From Acidothermus cellulolyticus 11B (GTDB lineage Bacteria; Actinomycetota; Actinomycetes; Acidothermales; Acidothermaceae): a stretch of 32,000 bases of DNA. The notes below the pieces were generated by a model. That model searched no databases. It saw nothing but the letters and a program-made list of their open reading frames with translations, and had not been told where the DNA came from. Of the stretch, positions 10,126 to 21,068 are shown one piece after another (position 1 is the stretch's first letter; each line of letters opens with the position of its first letter). A program made the translations under genes and the position numbers. The stretch covers positions 540,001 to 572,000 of the forward strand of contig NC_008578.1 of the NCBI RefSeq assembly GCF_000015025.1, in the 5' to 3' direction.

Positions 10126-10171
10126 CTGCGCAACGACCGGGGACCCGTTCGGGTCCCCGGTCGTTGCGCAG
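10126..10171. terminator. bidirectional stem-loop between convergent genes
   Basis: ctgcgcaacgaccggggaccc / gttc / gggtccccggtcgttgcgcag forms a perfect 21-bp stem with a 4-nt loop. It lies between the kinase stop (10100) and the membrane-protein stop (10178). Confidence 0.7.
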
Positions 10172-10177
10172 CTGTGG

Positions 10178-10774
10178 TCAGGCGTGCTGCGGCTGGGCCT
10201 GGGGCTGGCCCCGTGGCTCGGAGGTGAGGATTTCGGCTTGCGGCGGAGTACGCCGCGCGTGCCAGAAGCCGAGGCCGACGAGGATCAGCATCACACCGGC
10301 GAGGATGAACGCCGCGATGCCGCCCCAGAAGGCGATTTCACCGAAGACCGAGAACGCGTAGGCGGTCAACAGCAGGCCGCGGAGCGTCGTTCCCTGGAAT
10401 GACGTCTGCTTCAAGGCTTGCAGTTTGGCGTCGTTAGGGTTCTTCAACGCCAGCTCACTGATCTTGGCGTACACACCGCCGTAGGGCATCTCCGAGAGGT
10501 GCACCGCGATGAAGTGGTCGGCGTACGCCTTGGCTTGCGCACCCGTGAGGACTTGCTGGCCGGCGTACTTGGTGAGATACGGGCCGATCTTCGGGTTGGC
10601 GAGCTGCGGGTCGCCCTTCTGCGGGAAGAAGATCTGCTGCTGGGCGAGCTGGTTGTGCACGCTGGAGTTCGCGAAGCTTGCTCCCCACATCGCCAGCGCC
10701 CCGGCGACGATCAGGACGAGGGCGACGAGCAGACCCCCGGCGCTGACGAGAATGTCGAAGACCTTGCGCTTCAT
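10178..10774 (-). CDS. membrane protein, N- and C-terminal TM helices flanking an extracytoplasmic domain (198 aa)
   Basis: Trimmed from the 287-aa track ORF to MKRKVFDILVSAGGLLVALVLIVAGALAMW.... The upstream 89 codons are Arg/Pro-rich and overlap the promoter region. A second TM is GEIAFWGGIAAFILAGVMLILVGLGFW. Confidence 0.7.
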   Translation of the reverse strand: MKRKVFDILVSAGGLLVALVLIVAGALAMWGASFANSSVHNQLAQQQIFFPQKGDPQLANPKIGPYLTKYAGQQVLTGAQAKAYADHFIAVHLSEMPYGGVYAKISELALKNPNDAKLQALKQTSFQGTTLRGLLLTAYAFSVFGEIAFWGGIAAFILAGVMLILVGLGFWHARRTPPQAEILTSEPRGQPQAQPQHA

Positions 10775-10882
10775 GGTCCTACTCCCTTCCGGGAATTCCA
10801 CTTTTCTTGTCACTTTGAGTCTTTCCTTGGGACCCGCTAGCGGCCAGGGACGAAGGGCGCATCTAATGGGCGGGGAAACGGC

Positions 10883-10896
10883 GGGTCTTTGGTCCC
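10883..10896. promoter_or_regulatory. candidate DosR box (GGGTCTTTGGTCCC)
   Basis: It matches 12 of 14 core positions of the published M. tuberculosis DosR consensus TTSGGGACTWWAGTCCCSAA (core GGGACTWWAGTCCC). It lies in the divergent region about 145 bp upstream of the dosR-like ATG. Confidence 0.35.
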
Positions 10897-11039
10897 GGGA
10901 ACGGTGCAAACGGGCTTTCCGTGCGACGTCCGCCGTCGTGTGGTGTCCTCGCTTGCCGGCCGATGCCGGTACGCTGGTCTTCACGCGCTCGATCGAGAAA
11001 TCGGGCGGATAGCAGGCGCTGGCCTCGTCGAGGAGGGAC

Positions 11040-11717
11040 ATGACCGAAGAGCGTCCGCCGATCCGCGTCTTCCTCGTTGACGATCATGAGGTGGTCCGCC
11101 GCGGTCTGACCCAGCTCCTTGAGGCAGAGTCGGACATCCGGGTTGCCGGTGAGGCTGGTACGGCGGCGGAAGCGCTGGCACGGGTGCCGGCGGTCCGCCC
11201 GGACGTCGCGGTGCTCGACGTCCGGCTTCCGGACGGTGACGGCGTCGAGGTGTGCCGTGAACTCCGGTCGGCGCTTCCCGGACTGGCGTGTCTCATCCTC
11301 ACGTCCTTCGCCGACGACGATGCGCTCTACCGGGCGATTCTCGCCGGCGCGTCGGGATACGTGCTCAAACAGATTCGGGGCAACGAAATCGTGTCGGCAG
11401 TGCGCACGGTCGCGGCCGGCGGCTCGCTGCTCGACCCGGTGACGACCACCCGTGTCCTCCAGCGATTGCGTGATCAGGCGGAGCGTCCCGAGCCAGGGAA
11501 TCCGTATGCCGCCCTCACGGAACAGGAGCGGCGCGTGCTGGAATTGATCGGCGAAGGTTTGACCAACCGCCAAATCGGGGAACGGCTCTTCCTCGCCGAA
11601 AAGACGGTCAAGAATTACGTGTCATCGATTCTCGCGAAATTAGGGTTGCAGCGGCGCACGCAGGCCGCGGTCCTCGCCGTCGAACATCGCCCGCGCGGGT
11701 CGCAGCCGCAGACGTAG
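11040..11717 (+). CDS. devR: DosR/DevR-like NarL/LuxR-family response regulator
   Basis: It has a REC domain ([16 protein letters not shown]...[16 protein letters not shown]...LILTSF...GASGYVLK) and a GerE HTH ([44 protein letters not shown]). It is nearly colinear with M. tuberculosis DosR as I recall it. The stop is TAG. Confidence 0.9.
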   Translation: MTEERPPIRVFLVDDHEVVRRGLTQLLEAESDIRVAGEAGTAAEALARVPAVRPDVAVLDVRLPDGDGVEVCRELRSALPGLACLILTSFADDDALYRAILAGASGYVLKQIRGNEIVSAVRTVAAGGSLLDPVTTTRVLQRLRDQAERPEPGNPYAALTEQERRVLELIGEGLTNRQIGERLFLAEKTVKNYVSSILAKLGLQRRTQAAVLAVEHRPRGSQPQT

Positions 11718-12026
11718 CAGCCGTCCAGGTCTTCGTACGGCGATCGGCACGTGACGGCTGTCGTTGCAGCGCAGGCACTTGCGCTATCAGGCTTCAGCTC
11801 TTTCGGTGGCTCGCCGAAATCCCGCGCGCTGGTTGACCGCGCTGGATACGCTCGGCACGTGGTATGCGCGGTGCGCGCAAATCCCGCGCCGCTGGGTGAC
11901 CATACAGGTGGGATCGGAGCAGCGGAACAGGGGCATTGGGCCCATTGGCACCGGACTTTCGGCCGTATCGCAGCTGAGCGGCACGCGATGGGATCCTCGT
12001 AGAGCGCGCGGGACGGAGGTGCCGCC

Positions 12027-12593
12027 ATGATAGAGGTCATTCAGCGCTCGGAACCTGTGGCGCTCCCCAGTGTTGTGCCGTGGCGTCTGCAGCGGATTGT
12101 CGTCGGTGTCGACGGATCGGAGAATTCGCTTGCCGCGCTCTCGGCTGCGGTTCAGCTCGCTGCACGTGACGGTGCGACGGTCGAGGCCGTCTGCGCCTAT
12201 CACACCTATCACTCGGCGTACTTCGATGCCCTGTTGACCAAGCATTACGGTTCCAGGCCGCCTGACTATGTCGGACCGGGAGCACCGTCGGGTGCCGCGG
12301 GTGACGCGCTGGACACTCTGGAAGAGGCCGCACGCAAAATCATCGGCCCCAAGCTGCCGGATACCCTCCTGCTCCGCGCCATTCAAGGCCATCCAGCGGA
12401 TGTGCTCGTGAAGGCGTCGGAGAATGCGGACCTCCTGGTGGTTGGCGCCCATGGCCGCTCCGGCGTCCTCGGCAGCCTGCTCGGTTCGACCACTCAAACC
12501 TGCATACGCTATGCCGGCTGCCCGGTGCTTGTCGTACCGCCGCAGGTAAAGTCGCGCTTCTCGGCTGAACAGACGGCGGTGGTGATGCGCTAA
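12027..12593 (+). CDS. universal stress protein (UspA family)
   Basis: IVVGVDGSENSLAALSAAVQLA ... LLVVGAHGRSGVLGSLLGSTTQTCIRYAGCPVLVVP is the classic USP ATP-binding signature. GGAGG lies 7 nt upstream of the ATG. Confidence 0.85.
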   Translation: MIEVIQRSEPVALPSVVPWRLQRIVVGVDGSENSLAALSAAVQLAARDGATVEAVCAYHTYHSAYFDALLTKHYGSRPPDYVGPGAPSGAAGDALDTLEEAARKIIGPKLPDTLLLRAIQGHPADVLVKASENADLLVVGAHGRSGVLGSLLGSTTQTCIRYAGCPVLVVPPQVKSRFSAEQTAVVMR

Positions 12594-12659
12594 CGCTCCG
12601 CGGCGGAGATCCCGGACTCCGCTGGCGTGGCTGCCAGACGTGGTAGGGATTTTTTGCGG

Positions 12660-15395
12660 CTAACGCAGCCGGCGTACCAACGGGTCGTCGTGTGGCGCTG
12701 GCGCGAGACGCACCTTGGCGTCGAGGGCGACGGCACCGTCTGGGGAGACGAGCACGGGATTGAGATCCAACTCGGCGATTTCCGGCAGGGCGCTAGCGAG
12801 CTCCGCCAGTCGCAGGAGCATGTCCCGGAGTGCCTCGACTTTTGTCGGCGGCGCATTCCGGTAGCCGAACAGCAGCGGCGCGGTGCGGAGCGACCGGATC
12901 TGTTCGTCGGCTTCTTCGACAGTGAGCGGCGGCAGGCGGAACGCCCGGTCGGCAAGCAGGTCGCTCGCCACGCCGCCCAGGCCGACCATCACCACTGGCC
13001 CGAACGTGCGATCGGTGACGACACCGAGCGCGGCTTCCACCCCGCCGCGGAGCATCGGCTGGACGACGACCCCGGTGTCACCGAGGTCCAGCCGGCTTGC
13101 GATGTCGGCGAATGCGGCGGCGACGTCCTCCGCGGAGGTGAGGTTGAGCTTCACCGCGTGGAGCTCAGTCTTGTGCACGAACGATCCCGCCGCGGGTTTG
13201 AGCACGACCGGGTAGCCGATGCGCTCAGCCGCCGCGACGGCCTCCGCGCTGCTCTTCGCGGCGACGGTGGGAGCGAGTGTGATGCCATACGCCGTAAGGA
13301 GCTGGACGGCGGCGGGCGTGTCCAACCAGGTGCCTTCGGGATGTTCAGCCAGCGTCGCGGCGACGAGCGCCGCCGCCGACTCTCGATCAAGGTCCTCGAA
13401 GTGCGGGAAGGTTCCCGGACGGCGCCGCCGCCACCGCGCGTACCGCTCCGCCGCGGCGAGCGCGCGGACCGCTGGCTCGGGGAAGGCGTACACGGGAACC
13501 AGCAAGCGTCCTGACCCGTCGGTGAGTTCGTCGGGTATCCCGGGATGACCGAGCAGGCAGGCGACGAAGGGCTTTCCGGAGTATTCGCGGGACACCTTGG
13601 CGATCGCTTTCGCCGTTTCAGGGATGGAACCGGGCCGGATTTCGGTGAACACGACGACGACGGCGTCAACCTCAGGATCATGAGCAACGATTCGGAGGGC
13701 GGCTTCAAAAACACGTGTCTCCGTGGAGGCGACGACGTCTACCGGATTGTCCACCGCCGCGCCTTCGGGGAGCAGTGACCGGAGCAGGGTCCGGGTTCGC
13801 TCCCCAAGCTGGATGACCTCGAGTCCCGCTGCCTCGCATGCGTCGGCGGCGAGGACGCCTGGCCCGCCACTGTTACCGACGATGGCGACCCGGCGGCCGG
13901 CCGGGAGGGGAGCGACGTCGAAGAAGGTCGCGACGTTGAAGAGATCCTCTAACGAATCGACCCGCGTCACACCGGCTTGTGCAAAGAGGCTGTCGACGAC
14001 GACGTCAGGCGTTGCCGCGGCCGCAGTATGCGACGCGGCTCCACGGATTCCGGCGAGGGTCCGGCCCGCCTTGACCGCGACGATCGGCTTGGCCTTGCCC
14101 ACCCGCCGGGCTATCCGGGCGAACTTGCGCGGATTGCCGAATGACTCGAGGTAGAGGGCGCACACCCGGGTGCGGGGATCGCTCTCCCACGCGCAGAGGA
14201 CGTCGTTTCCTGAAACGTCGGCTTTGTTGCCGGCCGAAATGAACGTCGCGAGACCGACGCCCGACCGCGCGGCGTGGTTGAGCGCGGCGATTCCAACAGC
14301 CCCGGATTGCGACATGAGGCTGATGCCGCCGGGCGGGGGCATGGTGGCGCAGAAGGTGGCATTGAGGGAAATTTCCGGGTCGATATTGGCAATTCCCATG
14401 CAGTTGGGGCCGATCAACCGCATCCCTGCAGCGCGGCAGATGGCGAGCAGTTCCCGTTGCCGTTCGGCACCCTCGGCACCCGCTTCCGCGAAGCCGGCGC
14501 TGATGACGACCAGGCCGGCGGGGTGACGCTGCGCCGCCTGGCGGGCGACGGCGAGAACCTCAGCGGCCGGAACCGCGACAATGACCACGTCGGGCGACGC
14601 CGGCAGGTCAGCGAGAGACGCATACGCAGGCACGCCGGCGACGCGGTGTCCCGATCGGTTGATGGCGAACACCTCACCGCGATAGCCGCCCTGCACGATG
14701 TTGACGAGGATCTGGTGGCCGAGCCCTTGCGGGTTCGCGCCGGCTCCGACCACGGCAACCACCTTGGGCGACAGGACACGGGCGAGCGATCGGGCATTGG
14801 CGGCGGCTTCGCGCCGGTCCACCGCCGCGCGGTAGGTCTCGTCCATGGTGAGCGGGATTTCGAAATGCACCACTCCCTCGAGGCTTCGTGCCTTGCGGGG
14901 GAGACCGATATCGCGGAGCATCCGCAGCATGGGATTGTTCTCGGGGAGGACTTCGGCGATGAACGTCTTGACGCCGTTCTGTAACGCCAGGGCAGCCAAA
15001 TGTTCAAAGAGCAGTGTGCCGACGCCGCGGCCGCGCTGCGTATCCTCGACAAGGAAGGCGACTTCGGCTCGTGTCCTGTCCCAGTCGAGAGTTTCGTAGG
15101 TTGCCAGCCCGATGATGCGTCCCCCCAGTTCGGCGACGAGCACGAAATGACGGTCGTCGGGCGGGCGGCACAAAGCGGCGATGTCTTCTTCGACGCTGGC
15201 GCGCGACATGGTGAAGAAACGCATGTAAATCGTGTCGTCGGAGACACTCGCGTACATGTCACGCAGCGCCGACGCGTCCGTCGGACGCACCGAGCGGATG
15301 TGCACAATCCCTGCGTCGGTCAACAGGGCGTCGATGTGGACTTCCTCGGACCGCACTCCGCCGTGGATGCGTTGTTCCTCCGTCGATGCCGTCAT
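12660..15395 (-). CDS. PatA-type protein acetyltransferase: N-terminal GNAT fused to an NDP-forming acyl-CoA synthetase-like module (CoA-binding, ligase-CoA, ATP-grasp)
   Basis: Trimmed to MTASTEEQ... (911 aa), which has GGAGGGAG 8 nt upstream. The GNAT block is [22 protein letters not shown]. The CoA-binding block is [36 protein letters not shown]. The C-terminus is ATP-grasp-like. The stop is TAG. Confidence 0.85.
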   Translation of the reverse strand: MTASTEEQRIHGGVRSEEVHIDALLTDAGIVHIRSVRPTDASALRDMYASVSDDTIYMRFFTMSRASVEEDIAALCRPPDDRHFVLVAELGGRIIGLATYETLDWDRTRAEVAFLVEDTQRGRGVGTLLFEHLAALALQNGVKTFIAEVLPENNPMLRMLRDIGLPRKARSLEGVVHFEIPLTMDETYRAAVDRREAAANARSLARVLSPKVVAVVGAGANPQGLGHQILVNIVQGGYRGEVFAINRSGHRVAGVPAYASLADLPASPDVVIVAVPAAEVLAVARQAAQRHPAGLVVISAGFAEAGAEGAERQRELLAICRAAGMRLIGPNCMGIANIDPEISLNATFCATMPPPGGISLMSQSGAVGIAALNHAARSGVGLATFISAGNKADVSGNDVLCAWESDPRTRVCALYLESFGNPRKFARIARRVGKAKPIVAVKAGRTLAGIRGAASHTAAAATPDVVVDSLFAQAGVTRVDSLEDLFNVATFFDVAPLPAGRRVAIVGNSGGPGVLAADACEAAGLEVIQLGERTRTLLRSLLPEGAAVDNPVDVVASTETRVFEAALRIVAHDPEVDAVVVVFTEIRPGSIPETAKAIAKVSREYSGKPFVACLLGHPGIPDELTDGSGRLLVPVYAFPEPAVRALAAAERYARWRRRRPGTFPHFEDLDRESAAALVAATLAEHPEGTWLDTPAAVQLLTAYGITLAPTVAAKSSAEAVAAAERIGYPVVLKPAAGSFVHKTELHAVKLNLTSAEDVAAAFADIASRLDLGDTGVVVQPMLRGGVEAALGVVTDRTFGPVVMVGLGGVASDLLADRAFRLPPLTVEEADEQIRSLRTAPLLFGYRNAPPTKVEALRDMLLRLAELASALPEIAELDLNPVLVSPDGAVALDAKVRLAPAPHDDPLVRRLR

Positions 15396-15473
15396 CGCGG
15401 TACTCCCTCCGTGCCGACTCGACGGTACCCCGGGAGCGGATGCGTGGACAGGCAGCGGAAGACCCGGCGAACC

Positions 15474-15487
15474 GGGCCGAAAGTCCC
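15474..15487. promoter_or_regulatory. candidate DosR box (GGGCCGAAAGTCCC)
   Basis: It matches 12 of 14 positions of the DosR core GGGACTWWAGTCCC. It lies 68 bp upstream of the xfp ATG, in the 159-bp divergent region shared with the acetyltransferase gene. Confidence 0.35.
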
Positions 15488-15554
15488 AGTGAACCGGCCG
15501 GAGCCGCGGATACTGTGCGATCGTGGAGCTGTCCGCGCCCAGAGAGGAGTCGAT

Positions 15555-17948
15555 ATGACCGAACCGACCGCCGGCCCTGGTGATGCCGTGCTCTCCGATC
15601 AAGAACTCGCTGCCATCGACGCGTACTGGCGGGCCGCGAATTACTTATGTGTCGGCCAACTCTACCTGCTGGACAATCCGCTCCTGCGCGAACCGCTGCG
15701 TCCGGAACACATCAAGCCGCGGCTGCTCGGCCACTGGGGGACCACGCCCGGCCTCAACTTCATCTACACGCACATGAACCGCTTCATTCGCCGTGACGAT
15801 TGGAACGCCATTTTCATTACCGGGCCGGGACACGGCGGCCCGGCTCCGGTTGCGCAGGCGTATCTCGAAGGGACGTACAGCGAAATCTACCCGTCCATCA
15901 CGCGGGACGAAGAAGGATTGCGCCGGCTCTTCCGGCAGTTCTCTTTCCCGGGCGGTATCCCGAGTCACGCGGCGCCGGAGACGCCCGGGTCCATCCATGA
16001 GGGCGGCGAATTAGGGTACAGCCTGGCGCACGCTTTCGGCGCGGTGTTCGACAATCCCGACCTGCTCGCCGTCTGCGTCGTCGGCGACGGTGAAGCGGAG
16101 ACCGGGCCGCTGGCCACGAGCTGGCACTCCAACAAGTTTCTCAATCCGCGGCACGACGGTGCGGTGCTGCCGATCCTGCATCTCAACGGCTACAAAATAG
16201 CCGGGCCGACCGTTCTCGGCCGGATACCGCGTTCGGAACTGCTCGCCCTCTTTGAGGGCTATGGTTATCGCCCGCTGCTGGTGGCCGGCGACGATCCGGC
16301 GGCCATGCACCAGTTGATGGCCCGGACCCTCGAGGAGGCGCTGGACGACATCCGGGAGATCCAGCGGCGTGCGCGCAGCGGCGTTCCCGGCCGGCCCACC
16401 TGGCCGATGATTATTCTCGAAACACCCAAGGGGTGGACCGGTCCCTGCGAGGTTGACGGCCGCCCGGTCGAGGGCAGTTTCCGCTCGCACCAGATACCTC
16501 TTACCGATCCCCGCGGTAACGCCGAGCATCTCGCAATGCTTGAAGCATGGATGCGCAGCTACCGACCGGAAGAGCTCTTCGACGCCCACGGCGCCGTCCG
16601 ACCTGAACTCACCGACCTCGCGCCGCGGGGAGCCCGCCGGATGAGTGCCAATCCGCATGCGAACGGCGGTGTCTTGCTCCGTGACCTCTTCCTCCCTGAT
16701 TTCACCGCATATGCCGTTCCGGTGGAAAAGCCGGCGACGACGACTAGCGAGGCGACTCGGGTGCTCGGCCGCTACCTGCGCGACGTGCTTGCCCTCAACG
16801 CGGAGAGTCGGAATTTCCGGATCTTTGGTCCGGATGAGACGGCGTCGAACCGTCTCGACGCCGTTTTCGACGTCGAGAACCGCATGCTCAACGCGGACAT
16901 TCTGCCGACCGACGATCACATTGCGCCCGACGGACGGGTTATGGAGGTGCTCTCCGAGCACCTCTGCCAGGGTTGGCTTGAAGGGTATCTCCTCACCGGC
17001 CGTCATGGGCTATTCAATTCCTATGAAGCGTTCATCCACATCGTTGATTCGATGTTCAATCAGCATGCGAAGTGGCTCAAGGTGACCCGCAGCCTCCCCT
17101 GGCGGCGTCCGATCGCGAGCCTGAACTATCTCCTCTCGAGCCACGTGTGGCGGCAGGATCACAACGGCTTCTCGCACCAGGATCCGGGCTTCATCGACTT
17201 GGTCGTCAACAAGAAGGCTGAAGTCATCCGGGTCTATCTGCCGCCCGACACGAACACGCTGCTCTCAGTGATGGATCATTGCCTGCGGACGAGGAATTAC
17301 GTCAACGTCGTCATCGCGGGCAAGCAGCCGGCGCTCAACTACCTTTCCATGCCGGACGCCATCGCACATTGCACCCGGGGAATCGGCGTGTGGAGCTGGG
17401 CCAGCAACGACATGGGTGACGACGGCAGAGGGGAACCGGACGTCGTCATGGCCGCGGCAGGTGACGTGCCCACGCTTGAGGCTTTAGCAGCCACCGCACT
17501 GCTGCGGGAATTCTTCCCGGATTTACGGGTCCGCTTCATCAATGTCGTTGACCTTATGCGGCTGCAGCCGAGCAGCGAGCACCCGCACGGGCTGACTGAC
17601 GCAGAGTTCGACGCGTTGTTCACCACCGACAAGCCGGTCATCTTTGCCTTCCACGGTTACCCATGGCTCATCCATCGGCTCACCTACCGCAGGACGAACC
17701 ACAAGAACATTCACGTGCGCGGCTACAAGGAAGAGGGGACGACGACCACGCCCTTCGACATGGCCATGCTCAACGACATCGATCGCTATCACTTGGTGAT
17801 GGATGTCATCGATCGGGTACCGAGCCTGGGCACCCGTGCCTATCACATTCGACAGCGCATGGCCGATGAACGTCTGGCGAAACGGCGTTACACCCGGGAC
17901 GTGGGTGACGACCATCCGGACGTCAAGAACTGGGTGTGGCCGTGGTAG
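15555..17948 (+). CDS. xfp: xylulose-5-phosphate/fructose-6-phosphate phosphoketolase
   Basis: Trimmed to [10 protein letters not shown]... (797 aa), which has gagaggag upstream. It carries the XFP signatures [14 protein letters not shown] and [22 protein letters not shown], plus [12 protein letters not shown] near the N-terminus. Confidence 0.95.
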   Translation: MTEPTAGPGDAVLSDQELAAIDAYWRAANYLCVGQLYLLDNPLLREPLRPEHIKPRLLGHWGTTPGLNFIYTHMNRFIRRDDWNAIFITGPGHGGPAPVAQAYLEGTYSEIYPSITRDEEGLRRLFRQFSFPGGIPSHAAPETPGSIHEGGELGYSLAHAFGAVFDNPDLLAVCVVGDGEAETGPLATSWHSNKFLNPRHDGAVLPILHLNGYKIAGPTVLGRIPRSELLALFEGYGYRPLLVAGDDPAAMHQLMARTLEEALDDIREIQRRARSGVPGRPTWPMIILETPKGWTGPCEVDGRPVEGSFRSHQIPLTDPRGNAEHLAMLEAWMRSYRPEELFDAHGAVRPELTDLAPRGARRMSANPHANGGVLLRDLFLPDFTAYAVPVEKPATTTSEATRVLGRYLRDVLALNAESRNFRIFGPDETASNRLDAVFDVENRMLNADILPTDDHIAPDGRVMEVLSEHLCQGWLEGYLLTGRHGLFNSYEAFIHIVDSMFNQHAKWLKVTRSLPWRRPIASLNYLLSSHVWRQDHNGFSHQDPGFIDLVVNKKAEVIRVYLPPDTNTLLSVMDHCLRTRNYVNVVIAGKQPALNYLSMPDAIAHCTRGIGVWSWASNDMGDDGRGEPDVVMAAAGDVPTLEALAATALLREFFPDLRVRFINVVDLMRLQPSSEHPHGLTDAEFDALFTTDKPVIFAFHGYPWLIHRLTYRRTNHKNIHVRGYKEEGTTTTPFDMAMLNDIDRYHLVMDVIDRVPSLGTRAYHIRQRMADERLAKRRYTRDVGDDHPDVKNWVWPW

Positions 17949-18976
17949 GCGACGTCCGGAGGGTGCTTGTCGTCAATACCGGCTCGAGCAGCACGAAAGT
18001 CAGCCTGGTTGTCGACGGCGCCGTGACCGACCGTTGGTCGAGCCTCGATGTCCCACTCCCTGATGTCGACGCGGTCGCTCATCGATTCGTACATGGAGGC
18101 GAGCGACTCGGCCCGGTGGCGTTGATCGACAACCAGGTGCGGACCGCGCTGGAGGCGGCGGCCGAGCTCGCGCCTCTGCACCAAGGCCGGGCGCTTGAGG
18201 TTCTTGACATGCTGCAGAGCCGGTTGCCGCAGGTGCCCCACGTCGCGTGTTTTGACAGCGCTTTTCATGCGACCCTTCCGCCGGAAGCGGCGACGTACGC
18301 GCTGCCTGCGGAGTGGAACGAGCGTTATCACATCCGCCGATACGGCTTTCATGGCTTCTCGCATGCGTGGGCAGCTCGGCGGGCGCGTGAGTGGTGCCCC
18401 GGTGCGCGGCGGGTGGTCACGTGTCACCTCGGCAGCGGTGCGTCACTGGCGGCCGTCTGCGACGGGATTTCCGTTGACACAACCATGGGTTTCACGCCGC
18501 TCGAAGGATTGGTGATGGCCACCCGCTCCGGTGATGTCGACCCGGGGCTGGTCCTCTGGCTTGCTGAGCGTGAGCCGGACGTGGCAGCGGCGCTCGCCAG
18601 CCGCTCGGGTCTTCTCGGTCTTGCCGGTACCGCTGATATGCGGGAGATTCTCGCCCGCGATGATGAGCAGGCGCGGTTGGCGCGTACTGTCTACCTTCAC
18701 CGGCTGCGCAAGGGAATCGCTGCAATGGCCGCAGCGATGGGCGGTATCGACGTCTGTATTTTCACCGGTGGGGTGGGGGAGAACGCCCCACAGATTCGCG
18801 CCGGTGCCGCCGACGGATTGGAGTTTCTCGGCATCAGCATCGATCCGGAGCGGAACCAGCGGGCGGTGCCGGACGAGGAGATCTCCGCGTCAGGGGCGAG
18901 AGTGCGCACGCTCGTTGTTGCAGCCCAGGAGGATCGGCAGATCGCCGAGGACGTTCGTCTATTCTTCCAGCGTTAG
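17936..18976 (+). CDS. ackA: acetate kinase (short, 346 aa)
   Basis: The N-terminal [15 protein letters not shown] phosphate-1 motif, RYGFHGFSH and [10 protein letters not shown] are ASKHA/acetate kinase blocks. It overlaps the xfp stop by 13 nt. The exact start is uncertain (an alternative GTG lies at 17963). Confidence 0.85.
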   Translation: MAVVGDVRRVLVVNTGSSSTKVSLVVDGAVTDRWSSLDVPLPDVDAVAHRFVHGGERLGPVALIDNQVRTALEAAAELAPLHQGRALEVLDMLQSRLPQVPHVACFDSAFHATLPPEAATYALPAEWNERYHIRRYGFHGFSHAWAARRAREWCPGARRVVTCHLGSGASLAAVCDGISVDTTMGFTPLEGLVMATRSGDVDPGLVLWLAEREPDVAAALASRSGLLGLAGTADMREILARDDEQARLARTVYLHRLRKGIAAMAAAMGGIDVCIFTGGVGENAPQIRAGAADGLEFLGISIDPERNQRAVPDEEISASGARVRTLVVAAQEDRQIAEDVRLFFQR

Positions 18977-19122
18977 GTTCTGAGACCGTGCGGCGATCGT
19001 GCCGCTGTCGGCGGGGTCTGCGGCGGGTGTCCGAAAGCGCCGAGAGCTGACAGCGTGCGACAACTGTGATATCCGCCGTGGGCAGTGCTTTCGACCACCT
19101 TTGGTCAGGGACGACTCGCCCT

Positions 19123-20277
19123 TTAGAGGCGCCCCTGCGGTACCGTCACCCAGTAGGCCTGGTTGAGCACGGCTTTGCCCAGGTGCCAGATACGTGACGG
19201 CTGCGGCGGCCTGGGTTCGTGGTCGTAATCGAAGACTAAGTACGTCGCCTTACCGCCGCCGGTTTCCAGGAAGCACATGACCTTTCCGTGGTACGTGCCG
19301 CGTGTTGGGTCGACGGGCCGCTGTTCGACTGCGGCGGTGATGCGTTCGGCGACGACCCTGGCTTCGAAGTGTGCCGTCGAACCGGCCTTGCTGATCGGCA
19401 GGTCGGTGCAGTCGCCAATCGCGTAGACGTTCTCTTGCCCTCGGACGGCCAACGTCTGCCGGTCCACCGGTACCCAGTCGCCGTCGGTGAGGCCTGCATT
19501 TCGCAGGACGGCCGGCGTTGTGTGTGGTGGAACGATGACCGCGAGATCGTAGTCGTAGGTCTCGTCTTCCAGGGTAGTGACGATGTGCTTTTCCGGGTCG
19601 ACGGCCGCGACGTTGACGAAGGTGTGCAGCTCGATGCGGCGCTCCTCGAAGATCGGCTCGATCATGCGGGAGGCGGAGGCGATGGTGAAGGCACGGTTGA
19701 GCGGGGAAAGAAAACGGATCGTGGTCGCCGATCGCAAACCGCGCCGGCGAAGGTAATCGTCGAGCAGGAAGGTGAATTCGATGGGCGCCGGCGGACATTT
19801 GTACGGAATTCCAGCAACGCCAACGAGCACGGTGCCCCCGGAGAACTCGTGCAACGCAGTATGGAGACGCTGAGCTCCGGCAAGCGAGTAGAAGTTGTGG
19901 CTGCCCTCGGCGAGTCCTGGGATGCGTTCGGGGGCGAGCTGGGAACCGAGTGCGATGACAAGAAAGTCGTACTCCAGGTTCTGCCCGTGGCGCAATCCGG
20001 CCGTTCGACTGGCGGGGTCGATGGTGGTCACCTCGTCGACGACAAGGCGGATGTCTCGTCGCAGCAGCGATCGGAGGTCGCGCCCAAGGGAGCGCGTCGG
20101 CAGTGGACGGAATGCCGCGTAAAGGAAGCTCGGCTGGTAGATGTGCAGCCCGGTTCGGTCGACGAGTGTCACCTGGGCGCGGGTGCCGAGACGCCGGGCG
20201 AGAAGGTTGGCGGTCAGCGTCCCGCCGACGCCGCCGCCGAGCACGACGATGCGGGGTCGATGTCGGGTGTCCACCAC
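19123..20277 (-). CDS. sqr: FAD-dependent sulfide:quinone oxidoreductase-like flavoprotein
   Basis: It has the Rossmann motif IVVLGGGVGGTLTAN. The Cys motifs YKCPPAP and AIGDCTDLPISKAGSTAHFEA resemble, from memory, the redox Cys motifs of SQR-family enzymes. The GTG start lies 9 nt after the tusA-like stop. Confidence 0.7.
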   Translation of the reverse strand: MVDTRHRPRIVVLGGGVGGTLTANLLARRLGTRAQVTLVDRTGLHIYQPSFLYAAFRPLPTRSLGRDLRSLLRRDIRLVVDEVTTIDPASRTAGLRHGQNLEYDFLVIALGSQLAPERIPGLAEGSHNFYSLAGAQRLHTALHEFSGGTVLVGVAGIPYKCPPAPIEFTFLLDDYLRRRGLRSATTIRFLSPLNRAFTIASASRMIEPIFEERRIELHTFVNVAAVDPEKHIVTTLEDETYDYDLAVIVPPHTTPAVLRNAGLTDGDWVPVDRQTLAVRGQENVYAIGDCTDLPISKAGSTAHFEARVVAERITAAVEQRPVDPTRGTYHGKVMCFLETGGGKATYLVFDYDHEPRPPQPSRIWHLGKAVLNQAYWVTVPQGRL

Positions 20278-20286
20278 TATCCCGCC

Positions 20287-20526
20287 TTACCGTGCCTTGC
20301 GGACCACGAAGCGGGCATAGTCGCCGTGATCCTCGATGGCGAGCAGTTCGTGCTTTGCCTTTGTCACCCAGGCAGGGATGTCGGTCCGGGATCCGGGATC
20401 CTTGCTGAGTACGGCGACGACGTCGCCGACCTGGGCGTCACGAATCGCATGGATCATCTCCATGAGCGGACCCGGGCAGAAGGAACCCCTCGCGTCGATT
20501 TCCTTGTCAGCGGTGACAGACATCAT
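20287..20526 (-). CDS. tusA: TusA/SirA-family sulfurtransferase
   Basis: IDARGSFCPGPLMEMIHAI carries the CPxP active-site motif. It is trimmed from the 105-aa track ORF to MMSVTADKE, which has gggagg upstream; the second ATG at 20523 is equally possible. Confidence 0.8.
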   Translation of the reverse strand: MMSVTADKEIDARGSFCPGPLMEMIHAIRDAQVGDVVAVLSKDPGSRTDIPAWVTKAKHELLAIEDHGDYARFVVRKAR

Positions 20527-20566
20527 TGACCTCCCGTCATTATGTGAGAACCGTGGAAGTTCATCG

Positions 20567-20980
20567 TCAGATGAACAGGATTTGGCCGTCGTCGGCGAGT
20601 TCAATGAACCGGCCGACGCCGATGACGTCCTCGACCATCGGATCGAGGTCTTCCTTGCCGATTCCCATGAGATCTGCCGTCATTGCACACGCGTGCACGT
20701 GCACGTCGCCTATATCCGATGCCTGCCGGAGGACCTCATGCCAGGGAGGAACGTTTTTCTCCTGCATCAATGTACGTAGTGCCTCGGTTTGGGCGCCGTA
20801 TTCTGCAGGCAACGGTCGTGGGTTCCCGAGTTCGCTTGTGCGGAGGGCGGTCAAGCCCCAGAACGTCAAGAAGATGTGGGTTTCGACACCCATCGCCGCC
20901 TCCCCCGCCGCTATTGTTGCGGCGGCCTGCAGCCGGTCGGCTGTGCCGGAGAAAACCACGAGAGACATTTTCTTCGTCAT
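20567..20980 (-). CDS. DsrE/DsrF/DrsH-like (DrsE_2-type) sulfur-relay family protein
   Basis: MSLVVFSGTADRL...THIFLTFWGL...VHACAMTADLMGI is the typical layout of DsrE-like proteins with a conserved Cys. GAGGAGG is the upstream RBS. It is the first gene of a 3-gene operon. Confidence 0.7.
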   Translation of the reverse strand: MTKKMSLVVFSGTADRLQAAATIAAGEAAMGVETHIFLTFWGLTALRTSELGNPRPLPAEYGAQTEALRTLMQEKNVPPWHEVLRQASDIGDVHVHACAMTADLMGIGKEDLDPMVEDVIGVGRFIELADDGQILFI

Positions 20981-21068
20981 GGCCCTGGCCTCCTCGCTCG
21001 TTGTGTCTCCACGCTAGTGAGGGCAGCGGTGTGTCATCTGCGGACGAAGGTCCTGACGTCGTGAAGGA

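Noticed and set aside
10126-10171. GGGACC...GGTCCC palindrome as a DosR box
   Set aside because: The half-sites are 8 nt apart rather than 4. The palindrome extends to a 21-bp perfect stem located between two convergent stop codons. That fits a bidirectional terminator, not an operator.
11718-12002. Read-through extension of the dosR-like gene: the frame stays open for 94 codons after its TAG (same frame as track ORF 11751..12002)
   Set aside because: Third-position GC in the extension is only about two-thirds, far below neighbouring genes. The sequence is low-complexity and Arg/Ala/Gly-rich. DosR already ends at its expected length. Long open frames are expected by chance in high-GC DNA.
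15000-15602. Track starts that make the xfp ORF (from 15000) and the acetyltransferase ORF (to 15602) overlap by 600 nt
   Set aside because: Both N-terminal extensions are antisense to the other gene's real coding sequence. Internal starts at 15555 and 15395 have strong GGAG-type RBSs and give family-typical N-termini.
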